Positions 49,309 to 64,000 of a stretch of 64,000 nucleotides of DNA are shown piece after piece; the first letter of the stretch is position 1; each line of letters starts with the position of its first letter. Source of the DNA: Thraustochytrium aureum (Eukaryota); contig BLSG01000450.1 in NCBI GenBank assembly GCA_012862495.1, forward strand, positions 1 through 64,000, given 5' to 3'. The notes below the pieces were generated by a model that saw only the letters and a program-made list of their open reading frames with translations, was not told where the DNA came from and searched no databases. The translations under genes and the position numbers were made by a program.

Positions 49309-49659
49309 GTAGTCAATGTCCCTATTCCTTTTGGGAGTGATAGTTCCCGACTTGGAGCTGGTCTATTTGGTCATCGTTGGTCGCGCACTTTCAATTGAGT
49401 CCTGTACCCTACCGAAGGTCCACAATAGAGAGAGCTGGCTTGCTCAAACTGTGCGAGAGTAGGTACTTCGCCAAAAGCAAAATGAATGTCTACTGCATCA
49501 GGACATCGCGCCACGTTGTTCTTGATGCTCCACCAGAGTCAAATCAGTCTGGCGAAAACAGAAGCGAGACAGCTCCCAAGGATCCTTCCCGCACGCGGAG
49601 CCAAGAAACATGAATCAAGTTGTCTGACGGATCATAGCGATACGGTGATTGCACGGGAT

Positions 49660-49702
49660 GAAATTGCTGACGACGAAGTTGCTGACGACGAAGTTGCTGA
49701 CG
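49660..49702. repeat. 15-bp tandem repeat x3 (gaa[a/g]ttgctgacgac)
   Basis: Seen directly between the convergent WD40 and PI31 genes. Confidence 0.8.
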
Positions 49703-49879
49703 ATCGCCGTCGGATCGAAGTACCCGAGTATGTTGTCAAACGGAGGAAAGGAAGAAGGAAGGCCCTGAACCGTCGGCACAACTCTGGACGCGACAGACGC
49801 CACGCCACATGTTTGAGCGGCTTTGAAGAGCGAAGACCGTGACCATGCAAGATTTAAAAAAAACGTGAAAACAATTAGG

Positions 49880-51188
49880 TTAGTAGTACATATCGTCATC
49901 GCCGCCAGGCGGGCGGAGATGATCGGGGTCTGGGCCTGAGGGAAAACCACCGCCACCACGGCCAGGGGCGCGCCCGCCTCCGCCGCCACGTGGGCCAATC
50001 CCCGGCGGGCCGAATGGATCAAAACGAGCGCCAGGCGGCACTCCTGGAAAGTTGCCGCCCCGGGGTCCTCCACCAAATCCAGGCCCAACACCGCCACCCA
50101 AGTTGCCGTCAAAGCCCGGGTGACCAGGCCCAAAGAACATGCCTCCACCGGTGCCACCAAATTGCCCCCCAAGGTTTGGGTACAGGTCTGGGTCACCGAA
50201 ACCGGCAGCAGGCCCTCCGACAAGCGGGCCAACCCCACCGGCTCCATGGCCCGGGGGGCGGTAAAAAGGAGGCCCCCGACGATCATCAGCCAATGGGCGA
50301 GTTGAGCGTGGGTCTTCCGCCTGTCGAGTGTCTGCTCTTGTTGCCCCTCCAGCGGCGCTCGAGCCGGAGCCGGCGCGCACGGGCAAAAACTTGGAGAGTG
50401 TAGGCTGGAGGACTTGACTGCGGACCATTCCTGCAAGCTGCAAGCCGCTCGCCCTCGTAATGAGGGCTGTCATACCGAGTCCTGCCCTCGCCTCGCCTCC
50501 AGTAGGAGCAAGCGCTGTCACCACGGCCGCCTCGTCGAGGCCAGCAGCCAAAAAGTCCTTTATCGTCAGCCCACATGAAACCGGCATGTCCCCCTCGCAA
50601 GTAGCGCCCTCACCCGTGGCCATGGCGCTGACGAGGAGCTTGTTGCTGCCCATCGTGACCCCTTTGACGAGGAAGCGCACTGAGGTGGCCTTGACGATTG
50701 CCTCCGGGTCGTCGCATCGCAACACTCGCGACACTTTGTATTGCAAGGAGAATGCGCCCGGGGCTGCAGTCGCCCAGCCGCTGGGGAACAACTCTGGCCA
50801 GTTCGACTCTGCGTCCCAGGCCTCGCTTTCTTCGTCCGTGCCGCAGCAAACGAGCTCGGCACCGACAGCTTTTGGCCTCGCTGAGAATGAGGACGTGAAC
50901 CGCGGCCATCAAGGCGGTGGCGCGGTGCCTGACAGCACTTAGGTCACACAGCGCCAAGCGGCCTAGCACCCCCAGTGGTTTCTCACTCAGTTCTTCGATC
51001 GTGGAGCGGCGATCGTCTTCCGAAGCTGTGCTTGATTTCAGAGCCTCGACCAACTTGCGCGCCCTCTCGAGCGCTTCTTCACTGGAGGTAGCATCTGCGC
51101 TGGCCCCGTCTCCGACCTCTCGCGCGACGATCCCTAAAGCCACGAGCTCCGGCCAAGACCGGGGGGCGAACGCCTGGAACTGGGCCAT
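49880..51188 (-). CDS. PSMF1: Proteasome inhibitor PI31; frameshift ~50871
   Basis: FP-domain ALMAAVH...P.GW....FSLQY, then DLYP, GGMFFGP.HP.F, VPPGARFDPFGPP and PDPDHL.PPG..DMYY* (HbYX-type end). Confidence 0.92.
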
Positions 51189-51326
51189 GTCACCTGGTAT
51201 CGAGCAACTCGTTGCAATAAAAAAGTAACCTGTGCTCGCTCGACCTTGCGCAGACTTCGCCACGTGACGTTCCTTCCGTCCGAGCCCTCCCTGCTTCCTG
51301 CTTCGGCGCCTGCTTCGCCAGCCAGC

Positions 51327-51327
51327 G

Positions 51328-51378
<51 letters not shown>
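51327..51378. repeat. (GCCT)13 perfect microsatellite
   Basis: Seen directly, about 140 nt upstream of the PI31 start. Confidence 0.95.
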
Positions 51379-51384
<6 letters not shown>

Positions 51385-52821
51385 TCTCGCTCGCTGTCTG
51401 CCTGCACGTCTTGCTGACTGCTCGCTGTCGCCCACCCTCGTCTATCTATCTCGCTCTGTGCATCGTCGTCGCCTGGAGGACGCGCCTCGCTCGCCTCGCC
51501 TTCATGGAATCTTCGGGAGTGCTGGAAGCTAGATCGGACAGTGATCAGGCAGAACAGCAGTGCACGTTTGCGATAATGAGGATCCGACAGCATTTGATGA
51601 TGTAAAATGCGGCTGGTGAAATGGCTGCCGCAATCCTTTCGACCACACCTCCACCTCCGCAACGGTTCGCAGCTCAGAACGTACTGAAAGTTAGAGCAGC
51701 GTAACTGTCAATTATAGGGTCCGTGGACAGCAAGTCTTTGCAGCGAAATGAACAATTATAGGGCCCTTGCGTGTGCTGTCGCAAGCAAGCAGGGCCCTCC
51801 CTGCCTCAAGGGGTTCCCAAGCCCTCGCTAGCTAGAGTAGGCGCTGCTATTCGAGCATGCTGAAGCATCCTCGACGCGACGTTTTCGCGAGTTTACGTTG
51901 CCACTGCCAGCTACCAGCGCCGCCATAAAAGCCTTCAAAAGTCTGGCAGTGCAAGATCGATCGACAGAACAAGGAAATTCAACATGGCCCTCTGTTNNNN
52001 NNNNNNNNNNNNNNNNNNNNNNNNNNNNNNNNNNNNNNNNNNNNNNNNNNNNNNNNNNNNNNNNNNNNNNNNNNNNNNNNNNNNNNNNNNNNNNNNNNNN
52101 NNNNNNNNNNNNNNNNNNNNNNNNNNNNNNNNNNNNNNNNNNNNNNNNNNNNNNNNNNNNNNNNNNNNNNNNNNNNNNNNNNNNNNNNNNNNNNNNNNNN
52201 NNNNNNNNNNNNNNNNNNNNNNNNNNNNNNNNNNNNNNNNNNNNNNNNNNNNNNNNNNNNNNNNNNNNNNNNNNNNNNNNNNNNNNNNNNNNNNNNNNNN
52301 NNNNNNNNNNNNNNNNNNNNNNNNNNNNNNNNNNNNNNNNNNNNNNNNNNNNNNNNNNNNNNNNNNAGTCGTCGATCCCTGGCGAAGAAGTGCCGCCGTG
52401 GCGGCGCTTGCTGGCCTTGGCCACTTGAGTGCTGCTCCAGCAGGGCGCCCAGATAGCAGGAGCTAGCTCTAGCAGCTAGCTCCTAGCTCCACGCCGGCCG
52501 CGCGGGCCGGCCCACTCGTGCTGAGGGAGAAAGGAAGCGGTCGTTGCAGACCGAGCGAGTCCTTCATGCTCGCGCGCGGTATCCGCGAAGAGGGAGTTTC
52601 GATCTACAGCACCGCGACCAGAGGCGCGACAGCGACAATGGAGGCAGCACAGCCTGACTCTGGTGCCAGGGTCTGCTCTGCAAACGCCTCGCCTTCAACT
52701 TTGCTTGGCCGTTCAGTCAACCCAAGCGAAAGCCGCGGAGCGACACTGGGGGACCAACGCGGTCTCGCTTCCGAGCCCAGCGGCGACCGAGACGCTCGAG
52801 CCACCATTAGCTCAGGCGACG

Positions 52822-55320
52822 ATGGCGAGCTTGCCAGCCGTGAATGATGCATCCGGAGCAGGCGACGAGCGTGCCGACGACGGTGCAGGGCGGTGGACGG
52901 GGCCCCCAACGAGCCAAGATCACTTCTTCGAGCCAGATGGAGAGGCCGGCCCCGCAGAGACCGAAGAGGGCGAAGGCGGTGGAACTGGTTCGCTCGAAGA
53001 AGGCGACAGCGACTTTGCATGGTCCTCCGACGAGATCGACCCAATAGACGACCCGGTGGACCTGTGCGAGCGCGGCGTCTCAATCGAGCTCTTGCTAGAC
53101 CTCCTCGGGGACCATGACCTGGGCAGCAAGTCAACTCGCGAGGTGATCGCCGGTTTTGTGCTCCCGCAGACCGCTGACTACGGCTGCTCACTCGCTGGTC
53201 TCATGAAGCGATCCTTTCCTGACACGGTTGGCCGGGCCACTCATTACGTTGTCCACCCGTGGGACGCCTCGTTCGGGCGCCTCGTGCAGACACTCGCCTC
53301 GGTCGACTCGGCCTACCGTGCCGCAACGAACGGCGCGAAGGCCATGTTTTGGCTTGACGTATTTGCGATCGACCAGCATCTCCACTTTGAAGGTTACACT
53401 GACCCGGATAGACTTTGGCTTCACCGTGATGAGCTCCTTCAAAACGTGCGCCTGTGCATCGAGACAATCCCGTGCACTTGTTTGTTCATGGAGCCCGCGC
53501 ACAGCCCTACGTTGCTTCAGCGCTCCTGGTGCCTGTACGAGTGCATGCAAGCGCTCAACTATAGCAGCGAGGTTTTGCTTTCGCCATGCCCAGACGCGGA
53601 CCCAGATGAGCCCCTTGGGGGGGTGCGACCTGCAACTGGTCGCATGCGGTGCGCTCTCGATGATTTTCAAGGTACAGTCGAGGCGTTTTCCCCGAGGTTT
53701 GAGCAGAGTCAGACCTACTCGCCGCAGGACCGAGAATGGCTCATGACCGCCGTTACGGCGGCGCACCCGTCCGGCACACGATGGCTCAACGAGCAGGTTG
53801 GCAGCGTCATGGCGCGCTGGCTCTGCCAAGAAGTATTGTCAGAGATCTACCAGTCCGGCGTGCTCCCCCCCGCAAGGTCGCTTCACGAGCTCGGCGCGCT
53901 CCTCGAGTCTCTCTCGTGTGTCGATCAAGCGAATGATCAATACCTGAACGCTCTGGAGCTCTTGCGCGACCAGCTCGGGGTTGAGCACTCGAGCACGCTT
54001 GCAGTATCTCACAACTTGGCATGTCTCCAGGCCAAACACCTCTTCTTGTTTGAGCAGGCCGAGGAGTTGCTATGGGCGACGTTGAGAGGTGAGTCAAGGA
54101 GAGATGCAGGAAGGGATTTCGCTGGGCTAGGCAGGCAGAGGAGATGATCGAGCGCCACTGACAGGGCTGCTCGCTTGTTTTGCTTTCTTGCTTGAGATGC
54201 GCAGGGCGAGAGGCGATCTTCGGCCAAAGGCATGATACGACAAATGAAACTGTGCTCGCTCTCGCCCGCTTGCTTCAAGCCCTCTCGCGAACGGAGGAGG
54301 CCGAGGCATTGTTCAGGCGCGCTTTGGAGCACTCTCTCGTCGACCACGGCTTTGGACACCCGCAAACATTGCTGGCAGCCAACCTCCTTGCGCTCCTGTT
54401 GCAAGAGAAGGGATCTCTCCAAGATGCGTATATTCTGCTGTCGCGGACCGTGGACGAGGGGATGCGAACCCTGGGTCCAAAGCACCCGGACGTCCTTGTC
54501 TGGCGCAACAACATGGCTGTTCTTCTGCAAGATGCCAGGGACTTGCGGCACGCCGAGTCGCTTTTTCGTCGCACGCTGACCGACAGCGAGCAGGCGCTTG
54601 GGCCAGACCACCCACATACACTCAACGTGGTCTACAACCTTGGCCAGTGCCTCTGGCAGCAACGCAAACTCCGCGCTGCCGAGATGCTTTTTCGACGCGA
54701 GCTCGTTGGCTGTCAAGGTCTTCTTGGTTACCACCATCGCGACACGCTTCGATCAATACGCAACATGATTGATTTTTTGTGCAGCCAGGGCAGGGACGCC
54801 GAAGCGCACGAGTATTCCGAGATTCTGGCCGATCTCGGCGAACTGGACCGGACCGTGGATGGGGACGAGAGCGCGGGCGATGTAGACGATGAGCATGCCG
54901 AGGCAGCAAGTGATGACGACGGACTTGATTGCGAGGAGGGGCTGGGGCAGCTCGCTCGCAGTCAACCAGATGCGACTCTGGGCCCTGGGGGTTGGCGGCG
55001 CTTCTGCGCAGCGGAGGAGCACTGACGCTGTTGCTTTGCCAGAGACCAGCAGTGCCGCGAGCTGCTCGGATCCAAATGCGGCAAGAGTTGGACGGGTAGA
55101 TTCTGAGCTGTTTGTCAACCGAGAGCAAACGGGCTCGCTTGGCAGCGACGATGATGTTGTTGCAGGCTGCTCGTCCATGGTGACAAAGTTCCAGTCTAGG
55201 CCTGGCTCTGTTGGTGGCGGGGAGCAGAGGACGGCCACGCCCTCCGACGACCGCCAGGCGACGGACCACGCAGACGTGCCCCGCGAAGTAGGGAGCAGCC
55301 CGAGCGGTCTGTCAACGTGA
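52822..55320 (+). CDS. TIR/HET-like domain + kinesin-light-chain-type TPR repeat protein; intron 54089-54204
   Basis: ATHYVVHPW...FWLDVFAIDQH...LLQRSWCLYE, then about six 42-aa LG..HP.TL...NLA repeats. The intron splices in frame. The start may be 52638 (with a frameshift). The stop is 55025 as written, or 55320 after removing one G at 54987-54991. Confidence 0.85.
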
Positions 55321-55719
55321 TTGCATTTGCTCAGCGCGGGCTGTTTGACTTGTGGCCTCCGTGCTCCTGCAGAGAAAGCACACGTGGGTGCCTCATTGGA
55401 CTGTCTTGGCTTGCTCGCGGCTCCTCATGCGACGTGTAGGCACTCGGGCGAGAGGTGAGCGGAACGAGCTCCAAGTGGTTGTAGGTAAATGATGGACTGA
55501 CCTGATCAATCGGTCGCTTGTTTTTGCAAGGCTCCCCCCCACCCCCAAAAACACAGCAACAGCAAAACCGTCTGCGCTCGGCCATACCTAAAAGACTGGG
55601 CTGGGTTGTTTGTTTCACATCAAAGACTGAATCCGCGATAGAAAAGCCAAGCCGGGACCTGTCCAGGCCGACTGGTGGACGGCGGGCTGGTCACACCTGC
55701 GCTCGCAGGACCACGTCGC

Positions 55720-56790
55720 TCACTTGGTTACCACGGGAACCTCGACGCGGACTTCTGGAAGCTCTCTCTCCATCGCCGTCCGCACCGGTGCGTAGCCAGA
55801 GCCATTCGGCGTCGAATCTGAAAACAGGGACAAGATCGGCGAGGGGAGCAGCAAGTCGCACCAGTCGTTTTCGCCTTGCTGAACGAGCTTGAGATTGCTG
55901 TACAGCGCGACGCCCAGCAACGCGATGACGACGCCCACGATGTTCTTGTACAAGTCCTCCAACGGCTTACCTGCCTGAAGGTGCAGAATATAGCCAGAGA
56001 CGAGAATGAGGCACGTTTTCCCGTGGCCTACGACCTGGAAAGTCACCGCAGAAGTCTTGCCAATAAGCGCGAAAGAGTGCACGTTTACGCTGACGGCGAG
56101 CAGGCAGGAGAGGATAATGAGGCCCGGCAGCGAGTAGGAATCATCGTTTCTCGTGTCGACCGCTGTCTGCGGTCTGTTCATCAGATCGGATGACTCGAAA
56201 ACAATGGCGAGGGCAAGACCCACGAAGATTTGAAGAAGGGAGACCGAGTTTGCGAGCTGCGAGCTGGAGAGGCCGGCCTCCTTTTGCTTCTTGCCCTGCC
56301 AGATCTGGTACTGCGCAGTCACCAGCACGGCGCCAACTCCAAACAAAGTCCCCGCGAAGTTGAGCTCGACGTCAGTGACTGTGGCGACGCCGACTCCAGC
56401 CAGCACGAGCACCAGGGAGCCAACGACCTTGCGCGAGGCTGACTCGCCGTAGGATACGAGGTTGATGACCAGACAGCACGGCACGATGCAGAGCTTCATC
56501 ATCTGGTAAAACCCGATCGAGTTGGTCTTGAGCGAAAAGTTCATCAGGCAGATGGACCCCACGCCGAACGTGGCCACCAAAAGGTTGGTCATGAACGGCA
56601 AGTAGGCGATCTGGAACGCCCCAAAGACGCGCGCCATGACTTGTAGGAGCGCGCTCGTGACAATGAAGTGAAACGTGCTCAGCGTGAACACGAACGGGAA
56701 TCCCGCTGCGAAGATCTGCTTGTTCACGACAACCAGCGCGACGGAGCTCAGGATCGACCCGATGACAAGCGCCCAGGTGGGGTATGCCAT
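55720..56790 (-). CDS. Nucleotide-sugar transporter (SLC35E3 / plant URGT-UXT-like, TPT family)
   Basis: About 10 TM helices, with SSVALVVVNK, N.SLKTNSIGFYQMMKL, GVGVATVTD and IGKTSAVTFQVVGHGKT. Confidence 0.92.
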   Translation of the reverse strand: MAYPTWALVIGSILSSVALVVVNKQIFAAGFPFVFTLSTFHFIVTSALLQVMARVFGAFQIAYLPFMTNLLVATFGVGSICLMNFSLKTNSIGFYQMMKLCIVPCCLVINLVSYGESASRKVVGSLVLVLAGVGVATVTDVELNFAGTLFGVGAVLVTAQYQIWQGKKQKEAGLSSSQLANSVSLLQIFVGLALAIVFESSDLMNRPQTAVDTRNDDSYSLPGLIILSCLLAVSVNVHSFALIGKTSAVTFQVVGHGKTCLILVSGYILHLQAGKPLEDLYKNIVGVVIALLGVALYSNLKLVQQGENDWCDLLLPSPILSLFSDSTPNGSGYAPVRTAMERELPEVRVEVPVVTK

Positions 56791-57494
56791 GGTCCCTGCG
56801 TGAGCTGGAAACTCTCTCTTCATTCAAACTCCTGTCGTCGTGGGGGTCTCGTTGCTGCGGAAACCTTGCGCCGCTTGNNNNNNNNNNNNNNNNNNNNNNN
56901 NNNNNNNNNNNNNNNNNNNNNNNNNNNNNNNNNNNNNNNNNNNNNNNNNNNNNNNNNNNNNNNNNNNNNNNNNNNNNNNNNNNNNNNNNNNNNNNNNNNN
57001 NNNNNNNNNNNNNNNNNNNNNNNNNNNNNNNNNNNNNNNNNNNNNNNNNNNNNNNNNNNNNNNNNNNNNNNNNNNNNNNNNNNNNNNNNNNNNNNNNNNN
57101 NNNNNNNNNNNNNNNNNNNNNNNNNNNNNNNNNNNNNNNNNNNNNNNNNNNNNNNNNNNNNNNNNNNNNNNNNNNNNNNNNNNNNNNNNNNNNGACTGTC
57201 TCGAGGACTCTTCAACTGTAGGCCAACTCGGTTGTTGGGCGGGCTGGGGGCTGCGGCAGAGCGCCCATTTCGTGCAGAATCGACAGGCGTCGAGGGCAGC
57301 AGAGCAAGGAGGACGGATTGCTGCAGGCGGAATGCGCCACAGCCCAACACGAAGCGGCAAGTTGGCACGAGAACCGCCACATCCGTTGACCTTTACAACT
57401 AACAGCACGGCCACCTACCGGCTCACGTCAGCGCCAGACCAGGAAGGAAAAAAAAAATCGCCTCGCGCTCCATCGGTTGGAAGATCGGCCCCCG

Positions 57495-58259
57495 TCACTT
57501 GACCGCCTCCGCAACCGGAACGTGCTGCCAGGCAGGCTTGAGCAACAGCTCGTTCAGCACGTTTACGATGAGAAGCAGGCCCACCCTTGCCTCTGCCCCA
57601 CGGTAAAGAATGCGAATCCCATTTTCCGACCACGCCTTCTGCAGCACCCCAGCATACGAAAGCTCCTGGTTTGCCTGCATCGTGATCTGGCAGTTGTGCA
57701 AGCCCTGGCTCGCGTACGTGGCAAACACGGACGTCGAGAGCACAGCGGCCCACTGTTTGGCTTTCGCCAAGGTCCCAGTGCTGTCCTCCGTGGGGATGAG
57801 CGGGTCGATAACGTGCTTGCGCAGGACGACTGACATGGTATAGGGAATGCCTTGCGAGATCATATCGCGCACCCCGGCAAAGGCTGCGCCGCGGAACAGG
57901 CCGCGGTAGCTAGGCTCTTTGCCGATCTTGAGGTGTTGGGCAAAGTAGATGTTCGCTTGCCCGTAGACGCCGCCCTGGAGCACGCCAACCACGGCGAACG
58001 CCGCCCACGGATTGAGCTGCTCCTTGACGGGCGTCGAGGCGTTCATCTGGGCCATTTTGAGCAGCGTCTGCTGCGGGAGAATGCGCATCGCGAGCCCGAG
58101 CGCAGCGGGCCGTCCCATCTGCACCTGGGGATTGAGCTTGAGAAGCTGGTACAGCGACGCCGACGGGGAGAACACCGAGATGCACAGTCCATACCCAAAC
58201 ATGTACGGCTGCATCTCCAAGAACGTCTTTGGCCGCATGGCGGGGGTGCTGGTGGCCAT
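57495..58259 (-). CDS. Divergent mitochondrial carrier (SLC25)-like protein
   Basis: 254 aa, hydrophobic, with YRGLFRG....RD and ENGIRILYRG...R motifs. The PX[DE]XX[KR] signatures are degenerate. Confidence 0.65.
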   Translation of the reverse strand: MATSTPAMRPKTFLEMQPYMFGYGLCISVFSPSASLYQLLKLNPQVQMGRPAALGLAMRILPQQTLLKMAQMNASTPVKEQLNPWAAFAVVGVLQGGVYGQANIYFAQHLKIGKEPSYRGLFRGAAFAGVRDMISQGIPYTMSVVLRKHVIDPLIPTEDSTGTLAKAKQWAAVLSTSVFATYASQGLHNCQITMQANQELSYAGVLQKAWSENGIRILYRGAEARVGLLLIVNVLNELLLKPAWQHVPVAEAVK

Positions 58260-58954
58260 CCTGTCCAACAAGCCGGGTCAGGCGGTTGCACCGAGGTCCA
58301 CCGCGCGCGCCGCGCTGCGCCCCTCTGCCCGCTCCGTCGCCGCTGGGAAGTGGCCGCCTCTGTCTGGCGCGTCGGGGCTCCGGCCTGCTGCCTCTGCCGT
58401 CCGGTCGATCGGGGTTTGGGCGCGCTCCCTCCGCTCCCGCGACGGCGCTGTCAGTGTGACTCGCGTCAGTGTGGGTCGGTCAGGCATGCGTGCCACTGCA
58501 ATGCATGCAAGATGCAACTGCGACTGCAAGGTGAGCCCGCAGTTTGCAGCTCCTTGCGCAGCGCCTTCCGCAGCTCCAACTGCGCAGCTNNNNNNNNNNN
58601 NNNNNNNNNNNNNNNNNNNNNNNNNNNNNNNNNNNNNNNNNNNNNNNNNNNNNNNNNNNNNNNNNNNNNNNNNNNNNNNNNNNNNNNNNNNNNNNNNNNN
58701 NNNNNNNNNNNNNNNNNNNNNNNNNNNNNNNNNNNNNNNNNNNNNNNNNNNNNNNNNNNNNNNNNNNNNNNNNNNNNNNCAGGGGAGGGCGCCCATGCAC
58801 CCCGCAAAACGGACCGGCGCTCATCAGTTAGGTCGCGGGTCAGGGCAGGGTTCCAGGAACGGTATCCCATCTGCCAACCACACGAACGAACGGCAGAGCC
58901 CCTGTCGGTCTCTCCGGCCGCCGTGCTCCCCGCGGCGCGCGACGACCTGCTCCT

Positions 58955-58998
58955 GCGTGCGCCGTGCGTGCGCCGTGCGTGCGCCGTGCGTGCGCCGT
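58955..58998. repeat. 11-bp tandem repeat x4 (gcgtgcgccgt) upstream of RPC1
   Basis: Four exact units about 95 nt before ATG 59092. Confidence 0.9.
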
Positions 58999-59091
58999 CC
59001 TCTGCGCGCCGCTGCGTAGCTCTGCGCGCAGCCGCCGTCGTAGCCAAGTTGCCATTGTTGTGCAGTTGCCCTGCCTGGCCGCCGCCGCAGG

Positions 59092-64000
<4,909 letters not shown>

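Noticed and set aside
15901..51188. Functional cluster of proteostasis genes (UMP1, UXT, SHQ1, PI31)
   Set aside because: They are spread over 35 kb among unrelated genes, which is expected by chance in a compact genome.
51709..51765. Repeated caattataggg motif as a TATA-like promoter element
   Set aside because: Only two copies are present, far from any confident start, and they cannot be supported without TSS data.
51828..52424. Possible small minus-strand gene spanning the gap
   Set aside because: It has no ATG, is mostly Ns, and shows no recognisable motif.

Overview
A GC-rich, gene-dense, intron-poor eukaryotic scaffold with 19 N-gaps. The short GT-AG introns with CTGAC branch sites, the flagellar RSP3 gene and the tetranucleotide microsatellites suggest a flagellated protist. 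A thraustochytrid-like stramenopile is my guess, not something the sequence shows. About 27 protein-coding loci are supported, many in head-to-head pairs: a ~2030-aa sAC/Dictyostelium-sGC-type cyclase-STAND protein, ACBP, phosphatidylserine decarboxylase, a 3-repeat Myb, UMP1, MED31, TMEM223-like, INPP4, an APP1-like phosphatase, a calpain-like pseudoprotease, an ATP-grasp protein, CIA2, UXT, an NCBP2-AS2-like microprotein, SHQ1, RSP3, a pseudokinase, a WD40 protein, PI31, a TIR/HET-like-TPR protein, an SLC35 transporter, a degenerate SLC25 carrier and RNA polymerase III RPC1. Roughly 15 single-base frameshifts, mostly in homopolymers and including three in the essential RPC1, look like sequencing errors. 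No rRNA, tRNA, CRISPR or transposase was recognised. The best candidates for new biology are the TIR/HET-like-TPR receptor, the cyclase with non-adenylyl specificity residues, ubiquitin-like folds in APP1 and RSP3, the intron-containing bacterial-type ATP-grasp gene, and several pseudoenzymes. All family calls come from recognising motifs by eye, with no database searches.
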